A stretch of DNA of 24,798 nt from Chitinivibrionales bacterium (GTDB taxonomy: Bacteria; Fibrobacterota; Chitinivibrionia; Chitinivibrionales; WJKA01): NCBI GenBank assembly GCA_038247415.1, contig JBBRUX010000053.1, forward strand, positions 1 through 24,798, in the 5' to 3' direction. Shown here piece by piece: positions 8,835-18,520 of this stretch. Positions within the stretch are counted from its first letter, which is position 1. Every line of letters starts with the position of its first letter. The notes under the pieces were generated by a model. The model saw nothing but the letters and a program-made list of their open reading frames with translations, was not told the DNA's origin and did no database searches. The position numbers and the translations under genes are program-made.

Positions 8835-10052
8835 TTAAGATTGGTAGCGCGTCGCAACCTGCTCTATTTCTGGCAAGATCTCAAAAAAGATATCCACTAT
8901 TTCCGGATCAAATTTCTTACCACGTTGGCGTTTAACCTCTTCGTAAACATCCTGTTCGTTCCAAGCAGATTTATATGCTCGCGCAGACCGGAGGGCATCA
9001 TACACATCTGCAAGAGATGTGATGCGAGCAAAGATAGAAATCTCTTCGCCTTTCAACCCCTCAGATTTTCCATCGAGCGAAAGCGGAAGACCTGTTTCGA
9101 GATCTATTTTACCCGGGTATCCACTCCCATCCCAACATTCATGATGCATAAGCGCAATGATTGCAGCCATATCATCGAGTTCAGATTGACTATCTACAAA
9201 TAGCTTTGCCCCCAAAAATGCATGCGTCTCCATAATAGATTTTTCTTGTGGAGTAAATGCAGCCGGTTTTTTAAGAAGTAGGTCGGAGATTGCAACCTTG
9301 CCAACATCGTGCAACATAGAAGCCATACGCAACAAGTCCCGGTTTTTCTCTCGTTCCACATTCGAAATATTATGATGTACCGCCCAATGGTCATATAATT
9401 CTACTGCATAGCCTGCAACGCGATTCACATGAGCTCCGGTCTCTTTGGGATCGCGCATTTGCGCCATGAGGATCATGCGCATAAGAATGGTTCGCGTCAT
9501 AGCAGCACGATTAAGTGCAGAAGCCGCGCTCAAAGCAAAATGCCTGACTAGACGTTCTGCATCGGCATCAAATGGACCAATATTTCCCTCCGAATCGATT
9601 GCATTGATTACCTGAACCACACCAAGAACATCACCCCGAAAGGTGACAAGCGGCAAAACAAGTACCGATGTAGTCTGGTATCCCGCAACACGATCGTAGG
9701 CTGGATCGAACCGATAGAGGGCATCGGCAGAAATTTCTTGCACATTGGGAACATTAATTGGTTGACGAGTACGCGCAACATGACCCGCGAGCGTATCGCT
9801 ATTTACAGGAACGGATATGGCAGTATAAATTAGTTTACGACCGCGCGGCAATTGCCGTTGTTTTTTGTCGTTTTGAGCAACCCGAATTACAAGAGATTCC
9901 CCTTCGAGAACATACACTGATCCCGCGTCGGCTCGTACTAATTTGCGGGCTTCAGAAAGGATCCGCTCAAGCAAAATATCTAAATCGCCGATCATGGCCA
10001 GTTTTGCATCCAGATCCATGAGTCCACGGATTTCTTCTGCAAGAGGGTTCAT
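8835..10052 (-). CDS. GAF + HD-GYP cyclic di-nucleotide phosphodiesterase
   Basis: N-terminal GAF domain; RDPKETGAHVNRV, LHDVGK, HHECWDGSGYP, ADVYDAL and GKKFDP. Confidence 0.92.
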   Translation of the reverse strand: MNPLAEEIRGLMDLDAKLAMIGDLDILLERILSEARKLVRADAGSVYVLEGESLVIRVAQNDKKQRQLPRGRKLIYTAISVPVNSDTLAGHVARTRQPINVPNVQEISADALYRFDPAYDRVAGYQTTSVLVLPLVTFRGDVLGVVQVINAIDSEGNIGPFDADAERLVRHFALSAASALNRAAMTRTILMRMILMAQMRDPKETGAHVNRVAGYAVELYDHWAVHHNISNVEREKNRDLLRMASMLHDVGKVAISDLLLKKPAAFTPQEKSIMETHAFLGAKLFVDSQSELDDMAAIIALMHHECWDGSGYPGKIDLETGLPLSLDGKSEGLKGEEISIFARITSLADVYDALRSARAYKSAWNEQDVYEEVKRQRGKKFDPEIVDIFFEILPEIEQVATRYQS

Positions 10053-10122
10053 CTAATAAGCCTTTTGTAAATGCTCTATAAGCGCATAAGTAGTGTACCC
10101 TGCGCTACCAAATATATGTTTA

Positions 10123-10287
10123 TCAAGTTTTGCGGATCTTTGCACTACAACCCCCGCACGATCCACCGCAGCCATTTTTTTGACCACACGCAGATGTTTT
10201 GCGAAAGTTGCGCATGCCCCGTCGTATTAAAAATACAAGAGCACCACCAATTGCCACTACAACAAGTAGTATCTGTATCGTTTCCAT
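10123..10287 (-). CDS. FeoB-associated Cys-rich membrane protein (54 aa)
   Basis: ATG immediately after the feoB stop, with GGAG upstream; one TM helix followed by CGQKNGCGGSCGGC. Confidence 0.85.
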   Translation of the reverse strand: METIQILLVVVAIGGALVFLIRRGMRNFRKTSACGQKNGCGGSCGGCSAKIRKT

Positions 10288-10289
10288 AG

Positions 10290-12449
10290 TTATGCTCCTA
10301 TGCCGAGTATTTTGCCCGTTTGATATACAAGAAAACACAAACCCCAAGCAAGCGAACAGGTAAACACGATCTCAAACCAGAGCCATTTCCAGCCTATTTC
10401 TGCCTTTATTGTTGACAACGCTGCAAAGCATGGCGCAACGATCAGCATAAAAAGCATTAAAACAAAAGCAATTAAGGGAGAAAACGACGGATCACTGCGC
10501 AATGCATGCCGCAAGGTTTCATTTTCGCCATGAGCTGTATTATCGACTTTGTAAAGAACACCAAGGGTCGCAACAACCACTTCCTTTGCTGCAAAACCCG
10601 TAATTACCGCAACGCCAAGCTTCCAGTCAAAACCCAAGGGTCGAACAACCGGCTCGATCACCGCACCAGCACGACCGGCAATACTTGCAGAAATTGCATC
10701 GGAATTTTTGAGAGTTTGGATATGATGACCAATAAGAGAATCTTGTGCCGTCAAAGACAATCCAGAAGTGGCTAAAGTACTTTGGAAAATCATTGCCTCT
10801 TTTTGATAGCGAACGGGATTATCGTGAGGCTTAGGAAATGTTGTAATTGCCCAAATAAGAATAGAAGCTGCAAGAAGAATGGTTCCCGCTTTTTTAAGAT
10901 ACTGTGACGTTTTATCCCACACATGCCACCCTATTCCACGAACTGTCGGCATACGATATGGCGGAAGCTCCATAACAAAGGGAGTTGCTTCACCTCGTAA
11001 CACCGTTCGTCTAAAAACAAAGGCACTTGACAAAGCCAATCCAACGCCAATAAGGTACATACTCATGACAACATTGCCCGCGTTTTTAGGAAAAAAGGCA
11101 GCAGCCAACAGGACATGAACGGGCAATTTTGCCCCGCAGCTCATAAGGGGTATTACAATAACAGTAAGGATACGATCCTTTGGATTTTTAAGCGTTCTCG
11201 CTGCCATAACCGCAGGAACCGAACAACCAAAACCAATAACCATGGGTAAAAATGATTGCCCATGTAAACCAAATATGTGCAAGTATTTATCGGTAATAAA
11301 GGCAGCCCGTGCCATATAACCGCTATCTTCTAGAAATGATAGTAATACAAAGAGGATAACAATAAGCGGCACAAACGATAAAACGCCACCAACTCCACCA
11401 ATAATTCCATCTGCAAGCAACGATTGTAATACTCCGGGGGGCAGCCACGCATGTACGCCATCAGCCATTGCTGCAAAGAGAACCTCAAGCCACTGCATTG
11501 GAATTTGACCTACCGTAAAGGTGATCTGAAAAATGCACCACAAAATCAAGAGGAACAATGGCAGCCCGAGTATTCGATTAATGAGAACAGTATCAATTTT
11601 TTCTGAAAGCGATTTATTTTTTTTATCAGTTCTGGTCACAGCTTCGGTAACTGCACCATGCACATACGCGTATCGTTGTTCGGTTACCACAACCCCGGCA
11701 TCGCGCCCAAAATGACCTTCAATGCGTGCGATGGATTCTTCTGCTTCCTTCTTGACACGATCACCTTTAAGATGTGTCTTGATTTTCTCAAATGCATTTT
11801 TATCGTTCTCAAGCAACTTGATGCACATCCACCGCACTGGATACAAGGAGCTAAAAACTGGATCTTTCTTAATCACTCCCTCAAGCCGATTCACTTCAGT
11901 CTCAAGCTCATACCCGTAGGTTATGAAACGATCGGGCGTTGTTGCACGTTTCATTCTGTCAAAAACAGCATCCAGAAGCGCATCAAGGCCTTTGCCCTTT
12001 ATTCCAATCGTCTTGACTATGGGGATTCCTAAAAGCTCGCCCAGGATTTTTTCATTAACAAAAATCCCCATCCATTCAGCTTGATCTACAATGTTGAGCG
12101 CGCCAACAACCGGTATCCCTATCTCTTGAAATTGCAGGCATAAATTAAGATTACGCTCTATATTAGTTGCGTCAATAACATCGATAATAATATCTGGTTT
12201 TTCGTGAATAATAAAATCGCGCGCAATAACTTCATCGATAGAATATGCCGTTAAACTATACGTTCCTGGAAGATCATAGATAATGCACTCGATACCTTTC
12301 CAGGCGCAATGTCCTTCTTTTTTGTCTACCGTTACGCCGGCATAATTACCAACCTTTTGATGTGACCCTGTAAGCGCATTGAATATCGTTGTTTTTCCAC
12401 AATTTGGATTTCCTGCAAGACCAATTCGTAATGTTTGCGGTGTACTCAT
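10290..12449 (-). CDS. feoB: Ferrous iron transporter B
   Basis: G1 GNPNCGKT, GNYAGVTV, G3 DLPGTYSL, LEDSGYMAR, GFGCSVP and FVMELPPY. Confidence 0.97.
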   Translation of the reverse strand: MSTPQTLRIGLAGNPNCGKTTIFNALTGSHQKVGNYAGVTVDKKEGHCAWKGIECIIYDLPGTYSLTAYSIDEVIARDFIIHEKPDIIIDVIDATNIERNLNLCLQFQEIGIPVVGALNIVDQAEWMGIFVNEKILGELLGIPIVKTIGIKGKGLDALLDAVFDRMKRATTPDRFITYGYELETEVNRLEGVIKKDPVFSSLYPVRWMCIKLLENDKNAFEKIKTHLKGDRVKKEAEESIARIEGHFGRDAGVVVTEQRYAYVHGAVTEAVTRTDKKNKSLSEKIDTVLINRILGLPLFLLILWCIFQITFTVGQIPMQWLEVLFAAMADGVHAWLPPGVLQSLLADGIIGGVGGVLSFVPLIVILFVLLSFLEDSGYMARAAFITDKYLHIFGLHGQSFLPMVIGFGCSVPAVMAARTLKNPKDRILTVIVIPLMSCGAKLPVHVLLAAAFFPKNAGNVVMSMYLIGVGLALSSAFVFRRTVLRGEATPFVMELPPYRMPTVRGIGWHVWDKTSQYLKKAGTILLAASILIWAITTFPKPHDNPVRYQKEAMIFQSTLATSGLSLTAQDSLIGHHIQTLKNSDAISASIAGRAGAVIEPVVRPLGFDWKLGVAVITGFAAKEVVVATLGVLYKVDNTAHGENETLRHALRSDPSFSPLIAFVLMLFMLIVAPCFAALSTIKAEIGWKWLWFEIVFTCSLAWGLCFLVYQTGKILGIGA

Positions 12450-12688
12450 AGTGTTCCTTGCGTATCAATCGAAAGCACTTCAACTCCCCGAGCTTCACTT
12501 TTTCGCAATGATACATTATAGTTCAAGATATTAACTTGCAGAGGATCACCAAAAAGCGCAGATCGGATTACTGTTCCAGCAACTCCTCTTGTAAATCCCA
12601 TATCAGCAAGTCTTTTGCCAACCTCACCTCTAATCATTACTTGACACACCGTAAAAGTTTCACCATTCTTAAGATCTGCAATATTCAC
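12446..12688 (-). CDS. feoA: Ferrous iron transport protein A
   Basis: KRLADMGF...ALFGDP...SLRKSEA. GTG start at 12688 chosen because GGAGG precedes it; 4-nt overlap with feoB. Confidence 0.92.
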   Translation of the reverse strand: MNIADLKNGETFTVCQVMIRGEVGKRLADMGFTRGVAGTVIRSALFGDPLQVNILNYNVSLRKSEARGVEVLSIDTQGTL

Positions 12689-12733
12689 AATGCCTCCCGA
12701 TGTTTTTCTGATACTAGTACAGTTCATGATTAT

Positions 12734-13219
12734 TCATGCTTTTGTGCACCTACACGCATCTTCTCCCTGTAGGTCTTGCGTGTCGATACAAAAAGCTTTA
12801 AATGCGCTGGTCCAATTGTGGCCACACTTTGTTGAATCGAGAAGAAACCTCGAAAGAAATGAGATGCGATCCATGGTTGTATCTGAGATAGCATGTTCCA
12901 TTCTACAGGCGGCATCAGATGCTTCTGGCTCATCTATGCATAAAACTTCTCTGAAAAACTGGGTTAAGGCAGTATGTTTATCGATTACCTGAGAAGCTTT
13001 TTCTCGTCCTTTATCTGTTAGACTAATAAGATCGTAGCGCTCATGATTGATATACCCATGCTCGGTGAGCGACGAAACAGCCCTATTTACGGAGGCACTC
13101 GCAACTTTCATCGAATCCGCAACGTCCTTAACGCGCGCCGCTCCTTTTTTAGAGGCAATGGTAAAAATGGCTTCTAAATAGTCTTCCTGACTCTCACTGA
13201 GTTGTTTTATGTTAGCCAT
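12734..13219 (-). CDS. DtxR/MntR family metal-dependent repressor
   Basis: SQEDYLEAI, HTH ARVKDVADSMKV, LTDKG and ACRMEH (Cys/Glu/His metal site as in DtxR). Start placed at ATG 13219. Confidence 0.92.
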   Translation of the reverse strand: MANIKQLSESQEDYLEAIFTIASKKGAARVKDVADSMKVASASVNRAVSSLTEHGYINHERYDLISLTDKGREKASQVIDKHTALTQFFREVLCIDEPEASDAACRMEHAISDTTMDRISFLSRFLLDSTKCGHNWTSAFKAFCIDTQDLQGEDACRCTKA

Positions 13220-13255
13220 AGCTAAAAAAATAAGCCTCGGCAAACTAAAACGCAA
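13212..13255 (-). promoter_or_regulatory. Promoter with a palindromic operator overlapping the dtxR start codon
   Basis: TTGCGT-17 nt-TATTTT, then 7 nt to the ATG. Palindrome TTAGC-N4-GCTAA at 13212-13225. Confidence 0.65.
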
Positions 13256-13281
13256 TTTCTACAGGTTATTTCCAGCCGGTA

Positions 13282-13310
13282 TTGATCCGCAAGCAAAAAA
13301 CGTGTATGCT
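13282..13310 (+). promoter_or_regulatory. Putative sigma70 promoter for the THUMP methyltransferase-mutY-HAD genes
   Basis: TTGATC-17 nt-TATGCT. Confidence 0.5.
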
Positions 13311-13396
13311 TCCCCTTTGATACGCAACCGCTTCATTATAACCCAGAACCTATTTTAAAGCATTACCATATTTCATTACCAAGTAGATACAAACAC

Positions 13397-14593
13397 ATGC
13401 CAGAACAATTAGTTCTCTCCGACGCCGGCCTCGCTCGCAGACTTAAACGCTATTTCCTTAAACAAGAGCATACCTTTTTAGCAATATGCCTGCCGGGATT
13501 TGAAGAGCTTTTGCGTGCCGAAATCGTAACGCTTCCTGCAGTAACCTCAACAGCTGTTATTTCGGGTGGAGTTGAGTTTACAGCACCGTTGCATACCATG
13601 TATCTTGCAAATTTTAAACTCCGCATTGCTAACCGAATTCTTTTGCGTATCGACACGTTCATGTGCCGATCATACCCAGAACTCTTTAATAAAGTCAAAC
13701 GAATTTCCTGGGAGTTCTATCTTGGTTTTGCCCCCACGATCTCATTTTCTGTTTCTGCAACTATTTCCCGATTGCACCATACCGACAGCATTCAAAAAGC
13801 AGTGTTTGATGGGATCGTCGAAACCATGAAAGGTTTAGGGCAACCGGTTTCTCATGCAGATAACGCCCCCCTCTCTGTTTTTGTTCGTTTGCACGAAGAT
13901 AGGGCAACCATAAGTATCGATACCAGTGGCGATCTTCTTTACAAAAGAGGCTACCGCACCACAGGTTCGGTGGCTCCCATTCGTGAAACAATGGCTGCAG
14001 CCCTCCTTACCTTATGCGACTACACTCACTACGATTGCATTCTCGATCCATTTTGTGGAAGTGGCACAATTCCTATAGAAGCTGCAATGGGGCTTTGTAA
14101 CAAAGCACCCGGTCTTATGCGCACCTTTGCACATGAGCACTGGCCTTCATTTTCGGAGTCGGTGTTTAATCGGTTTAAACAAGAAATTACCGCCACAAGC
14201 CACAACAGTACGCGCACACTCATTCTCGGATCCGATCGCACTAACGAGGCACTAGCTGCCGCACGCATCAATGCGCGCGATGCGCACGTAGATACTTGTA
14301 TTACCTTTGCAGAATTAGACTGCGCCGCTATTACGCAACCTTCGGACACGATCAAAACAGGCCTTATCATTACTAATCCACCCTATGGGAAACGACTTTC
14401 GAGTGAAGGTGGTTTAAAACCTTTATACACTTCTTTTGGTAAACATCTCAAGAAAACGTTTCCCGGATGGCGCTACGGAATTATTATTGCTCATCGAGAC
14501 TTTTTAAAAGCAACAGGATTACGAACAGAACGAGAAATATCATTTACTCATGGAGGTTTGGACGTCGCATTTGTGATAGGAACAATTTCATAA
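13397..14593 (+). CDS. THUMP-domain class I SAM-dependent RNA methyltransferase (RlmL/YpsC-like)
   Basis: LRIANRILL, IDTSGDLLYKRGYR, APIRETMAAA, DPFCGSGT and ITNPPYG. Confidence 0.9.
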   Translation: MPEQLVLSDAGLARRLKRYFLKQEHTFLAICLPGFEELLRAEIVTLPAVTSTAVISGGVEFTAPLHTMYLANFKLRIANRILLRIDTFMCRSYPELFNKVKRISWEFYLGFAPTISFSVSATISRLHHTDSIQKAVFDGIVETMKGLGQPVSHADNAPLSVFVRLHEDRATISIDTSGDLLYKRGYRTTGSVAPIRETMAAALLTLCDYTHYDCILDPFCGSGTIPIEAAMGLCNKAPGLMRTFAHEHWPSFSESVFNRFKQEITATSHNSTRTLILGSDRTNEALAAARINARDAHVDTCITFAELDCAAITQPSDTIKTGLIITNPPYGKRLSSEGGLKPLYTSFGKHLKKTFPGWRYGIIIAHRDFLKATGLRTEREISFTHGGLDVAFVIGTIS

Positions 14594-14625
14594 GCACATC
14601 GGCGCGCCCAACATAGTTAACCATC

Positions 14626-15462
14626 ATGCCAGTGATCAACACTACCATTCAAAAACCTCTCTCCGTTTCTCAATTTCGGTCTTTAATTCTTGACTATTTC
14701 AAAAATTATGGCAGAGACTTACCCTGGAGAAACACCTCCGATCCGTATCATATTCTTGTATCGGAAATAATGCTTCAGCAAACACAAGTCGAACGCGTCA
14801 AAGAAAAATATGTCACCTTTCTATATCGATTTCCAACAATTAAATCTTTGGCAACCGCTCCGCTTTCCGATGTTTTGCAGCAATGGCAAGGACTCGGCTA
14901 CAACCGCCGCGCAAAAAGCTTGCGTGCATGCGCAGAAATTCTTCTCAAAGACTTCCAATGTTGCGTACCGTCTGACCCTTTGAAGCTTGTAACCCTACCT
15001 GGCATTGGCAAAGCAACTGCGGCATCCATTTCGGCATTTGCATTTAATAAACCTACCGTTTTTATCGAAACAAATATCAGGTCGGTATTTATTCATTTTT
15101 TCTTTAATAACCGATCAGATGTATCCGACACAGAGCTCTTGCCGATTGTTGCAGAAGCACTCGATACACGCAATAGTACCCGTTGGTATTCTGCTTTAAT
15201 GGATTACGGCGTTTTTCTTAAAAAGCACGTACCTAATCCATCCCGCAAAAGCACTCATCATGTGAAACAATCTTCGTTTATTGGCTCAGATAGACACATT
15301 AGAGGGGGTATTATAAAAATGCTGGTTCACAGCCAAAAAGCCACAAAAAAAAACCTTATAGAAGCACTGGCCACAAGCGATGCCCGCATAACACCAATTC
15401 TTGCAGACCTTGTTAAAGAAAATCTTCTTGTCAAAACAAAATCAACCTTTTCGATTGCGTAA
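14626..15462 (+). CDS. mutY: A/G-specific adenine glycosylase, short form without Fe-S cluster
   Basis: RDLPWR, DPYHILVSEIMLQQTQV, WQGLGYNRRA and the HhH motif LPGIGKATA. No Cys cluster follows ALMDYG. Confidence 0.85.
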   Translation: MPVINTTIQKPLSVSQFRSLILDYFKNYGRDLPWRNTSDPYHILVSEIMLQQTQVERVKEKYVTFLYRFPTIKSLATAPLSDVLQQWQGLGYNRRAKSLRACAEILLKDFQCCVPSDPLKLVTLPGIGKATAASISAFAFNKPTVFIETNIRSVFIHFFFNNRSDVSDTELLPIVAEALDTRNSTRWYSALMDYGVFLKKHVPNPSRKSTHHVKQSSFIGSDRHIRGGIIKMLVHSQKATKKNLIEALATSDARITPILADLVKENLLVKTKSTFSIA

Positions 15463-15465
15463 ACT

Positions 15466-16122
15466 ATGAAACACCTTGCAATTATCTTTGATCTCGACGG
15501 AACTCTCCTTGACACGCTCGCTGATCTAGCCAATTCAATGAACTCTGTTGTTGCAAGCATGGGATACCCAACTCACCCGACAAAACAATACAAGGCATTT
15601 GTCGGCAATGGTGTACGCACACTGGCTGCTCGGGCCCTTGGGGATGCCGCATCGGATGCTTTTGTTTTAGACCTCTGCGTGGCACGCATGCGTGAAGAAT
15701 ATACCAAGCAATGCCTGGCCACAACTAAGCCTTATTCTGGCATTAACGAACTCTTGCAAACTCTTGCTGTCAACGGGATCCTTCTTAACGTGCTCAGCAA
15801 CAAACCCGACGCTATGACGAAATATCTTGTAACTATGCTTTTCAGCGAAATCCCCTTTTCGTGTATTGTAGGCGCACGAGAAGGCGTTCCCCATAAACCA
15901 GATCCAACCGCAGCAATCGAAATGCTGCAAACGCTCAAACTCTCGCCATCACAATGCTTGTATGTTGGAGATTCGGGTGTTGATATGCAAACGGCTGCTG
16001 CTGCGGGATTAACCAGCGTTGGTGTTGAGTGGGGATTTAGAACCAAAGCAGAATTGGTTGATAATGGAGCGACTTATTGCATTAGTGAACCAAAAGAATT
16101 GCTTGGCATTGTAGGATTGTAA
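15466..16122 (+). CDS. HAD family hydrolase (phosphoglycolate phosphatase-like)
   Basis: FDLDGTL, LSNK, KPDP and YVGDSGVD motifs. Confidence 0.9.
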   Translation: MKHLAIIFDLDGTLLDTLADLANSMNSVVASMGYPTHPTKQYKAFVGNGVRTLAARALGDAASDAFVLDLCVARMREEYTKQCLATTKPYSGINELLQTLAVNGILLNVLSNKPDAMTKYLVTMLFSEIPFSCIVGAREGVPHKPDPTAAIEMLQTLKLSPSQCLYVGDSGVDMQTAAAAGLTSVGVEWGFRTKAELVDNGATYCISEPKELLGIVGL

Positions 16123-16191
16123 TCATTACCATAATAAACATCTTCAATTTTGATAAGCGCCAATCTAATTCAGAAATCGATCTCACACACA

Positions 16192-17238
16192 TTAAAAACA
16201 GCGCCCCGTAATGTGCTTTGCGCATGGTCGAGCTTCACAGCACTGATAGCATATTTCGTTAGTTAGTTTTTTATCATTGAAAAAATCCAGGATATTGTCG
16301 ATGCTTGTTTGGGTAATTGCCATGAGAGCTTCACTGGTAAAGAACGCCTGATGTGACGTGATGATCACATTAGGAAATGTCATCAATCGAGCTAACACGT
16401 CATCGGTAAGAATCTCTGTCGAATTATCTTCAAAGAAATATTCGCTCTCCTCTTCGTAAACATCAAGCCCCGCAGCCCCAACTTTTGCAGATTTAAGCCC
16501 GTCAACAAGATCTGGTGAGTTGATAAGCTTTCCCCTACCGGTATTTATAATCATAACGCCATTTTTCATCTGCGAAATTGTTGTGGCATTAATCATATGC
16601 AGTGTCTCTTTGGTAAGAGGACAATGCAACGAAATTATATCAGATTCTCGATAGATGGTATCGAGTGCCTCGTAGGAACATCCAGTCTGTTTTGCAAAGT
16701 CGGGATCGGGATGCACGTCGTAGACAAATACCTTCATGCCAAAACCGATGAGTATTCGTGCGAGTACTTTTCCTATTCTGCCCGTTCCAATTATACCTGC
16801 AGTTTTTCCAGAAAGATCAAATCCCATTAACCCCGAAATTGAAAAATTCATTTCGCGCGTACGATTATAGGCTTTATGCGTTTTACGATTTAATGCAAGA
16901 ATTAAAGCGACCGCATATTCTGCAACAGCATAAGGGGAATAAGCAGGCACTCTCACTACATGAATTTTTCCAAAAACAGCTTTAAGATCTACATTGTTAT
17001 ACCCGGCACAACGAAGCACAATGAGTTTGATACCATTTTTAGCAAGGGCCTCAACCACAACGGCCGAAATGCTATCATTTACAAAAACGCAAATTGCATC
17101 AAACCCTTCGGTAAGTCGAACGGTGTCCTTATCCAGATGGGGCTCAAAGTAGACAAATTCGATTGATTCATGTACATTAGCCCGATCGAAGTACTCGCGA
17201 TCGTAGGGTTTTGCATCAAAAAAAGCACATTTAATCAT
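16192..17238 (-). CDS. ldhA: D-lactate / 2-hydroxyacid dehydrogenase
   Basis: LRCAGYNNVD, RVPAYSPYAVAE, GTGRIG, INTGRG, LDVYEEE and TSHQAF. Start placed at 17238 from RBS spacing. Confidence 0.9.
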   Translation of the reverse strand: MIKCAFFDAKPYDREYFDRANVHESIEFVYFEPHLDKDTVRLTEGFDAICVFVNDSISAVVVEALAKNGIKLIVLRCAGYNNVDLKAVFGKIHVVRVPAYSPYAVAEYAVALILALNRKTHKAYNRTREMNFSISGLMGFDLSGKTAGIIGTGRIGKVLARILIGFGMKVFVYDVHPDPDFAKQTGCSYEALDTIYRESDIISLHCPLTKETLHMINATTISQMKNGVMIINTGRGKLINSPDLVDGLKSAKVGAAGLDVYEEESEYFFEDNSTEILTDDVLARLMTFPNVIITSHQAFFTSEALMAITQTSIDNILDFFNDKKLTNEICYQCCEARPCAKHITGRCF

Positions 17239-17270
17239 GACATGCATCCTTAGTATTGCAAAAATTTGCT

Positions 17271-18287
17271 TTATAACGGCGCAGGAAAATTATTGACAAT
17301 TTTTTGTGGATTCATAAGTAAATGTGCGTACTGAGCCCGTGTATATGCCCAAGGATCGGATGAATTCTTGGCGTTGAGAATGGCCCTGAAATCGTCGAGT
17401 TTTGTATAGTTATTCTCCGACATCCACCCCTGCAACTCTTCTAAAATTTTCCCGACAACCGATGACCCGTTTTTATACAGCGTGCTTACAATTTGCACTG
17501 CAGCAGCACCAGATAAAATCATTTTAATGACATCATGCGCATCAAATATCCCTGTAGACGCGCACACGTTTCCGTTTACTGTTCCCGAAAGCAGACCGAC
17601 ATAGCGCAATGCCATACGGTGATCGGCCGGGGAACTCAAATTAAAAGGGAAAATATGCTTCTTTTGAACAACATCAATTTCTGGCTGAAAATACCGATTA
17701 AAGAGAACAAATCCAAAACTACCGACACTATCAATTCGATGAATAAAATTAAGTGGATTTGTGTACGTGGAGCTAAGCTTTACAGATACAGGAATTTTTA
17801 TTGACTCACGAATAGATTTTAAGAGCGCAATTTGAAATTCTTCAAGAGATGCGGCAGTATCGGAAAACCGTTTTGGCGAGTCGTATAGGTTAAGCTCTAT
17901 GCCATCTACACCAGTTTGCTCAAGCAAGCGCGCATATTCAATAAAACTCTGCGGGGTTTCTGCATTGACACTTGCGATAAGGGGTATATCAAGACTCTCT
18001 TTGGCTTTTCGCACAAGCATAAGATGATTTTTGGGCCCTGCATGTTCATTATGAGGATACACCGATGTTATTTCTGGTGATCGGTTGTCATATTTAACTT
18101 CATCTTCATCCATTTTAAGGCGTTCGAGCTGAATCTCTTCTTCTAAAAGAGATTTAAATACTATTGCACCAACCCCTGCATCTTCGAGCTTTTTTATTGA
18201 ATCGAGAGTACCAGTTAAACCAGAAGCGCCTGCGATTATTGGATTTTTGAGTTTAATCCCCATAAATTGTGTGCTTACATCTAACAT
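17271..18287 (-). CDS. Dihydroorotate dehydrogenase-like flavoprotein (non-canonical, no catalytic Cys)
   Basis: LKNPIIAGAS, GAIVFKSLLEEEI, IELNLY, PVSVKLS, VLFNRYFQP and GAAAVQIVS. ATG at 18287 with GAGG RBS. Confidence 0.85.
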   Translation of the reverse strand: MLDVSTQFMGIKLKNPIIAGASGLTGTLDSIKKLEDAGVGAIVFKSLLEEEIQLERLKMDEDEVKYDNRSPEITSVYPHNEHAGPKNHLMLVRKAKESLDIPLIASVNAETPQSFIEYARLLEQTGVDGIELNLYDSPKRFSDTAASLEEFQIALLKSIRESIKIPVSVKLSSTYTNPLNFIHRIDSVGSFGFVLFNRYFQPEIDVVQKKHIFPFNLSSPADHRMALRYVGLLSGTVNGNVCASTGIFDAHDVIKMILSGAAAVQIVSTLYKNGSSVVGKILEELQGWMSENNYTKLDDFRAILNAKNSSDPWAYTRAQYAHLLMNPQKIVNNFPAPL

Positions 18288-18520
18288 TCTATCCTCTTTT
18301 CTCAAATTGCAAAGTTTTTGAATCTTTCTTCATTATCGTAGCTATCAGCAAAGCGGTATGAGGCAAGGTAGCTGATCTCCGCAGCTCCGTATTCAGAAAA
18401 AATGCTATGTTTCACCCTTAAAAGCTCATATTTTTGAGCTAACTTCCCTCGAATTGGCTTGAAGCATCTAACATCCACTTTTTAATTTTTTCTTAAAATC
18501 AAATGCATTCCTTAATATAA

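Noticed and set aside
10288..10347. N-terminal extension of the Cys-rich peptide in the ORF track
   Set aside because: It overlaps the feoB 3' end; ATG 10287 with an RBS is the better start.
13220..13255. TTG start for dtxR at 13255
   Set aside because: It coincides with the predicted -35 box and adds residues outside the DtxR fold.
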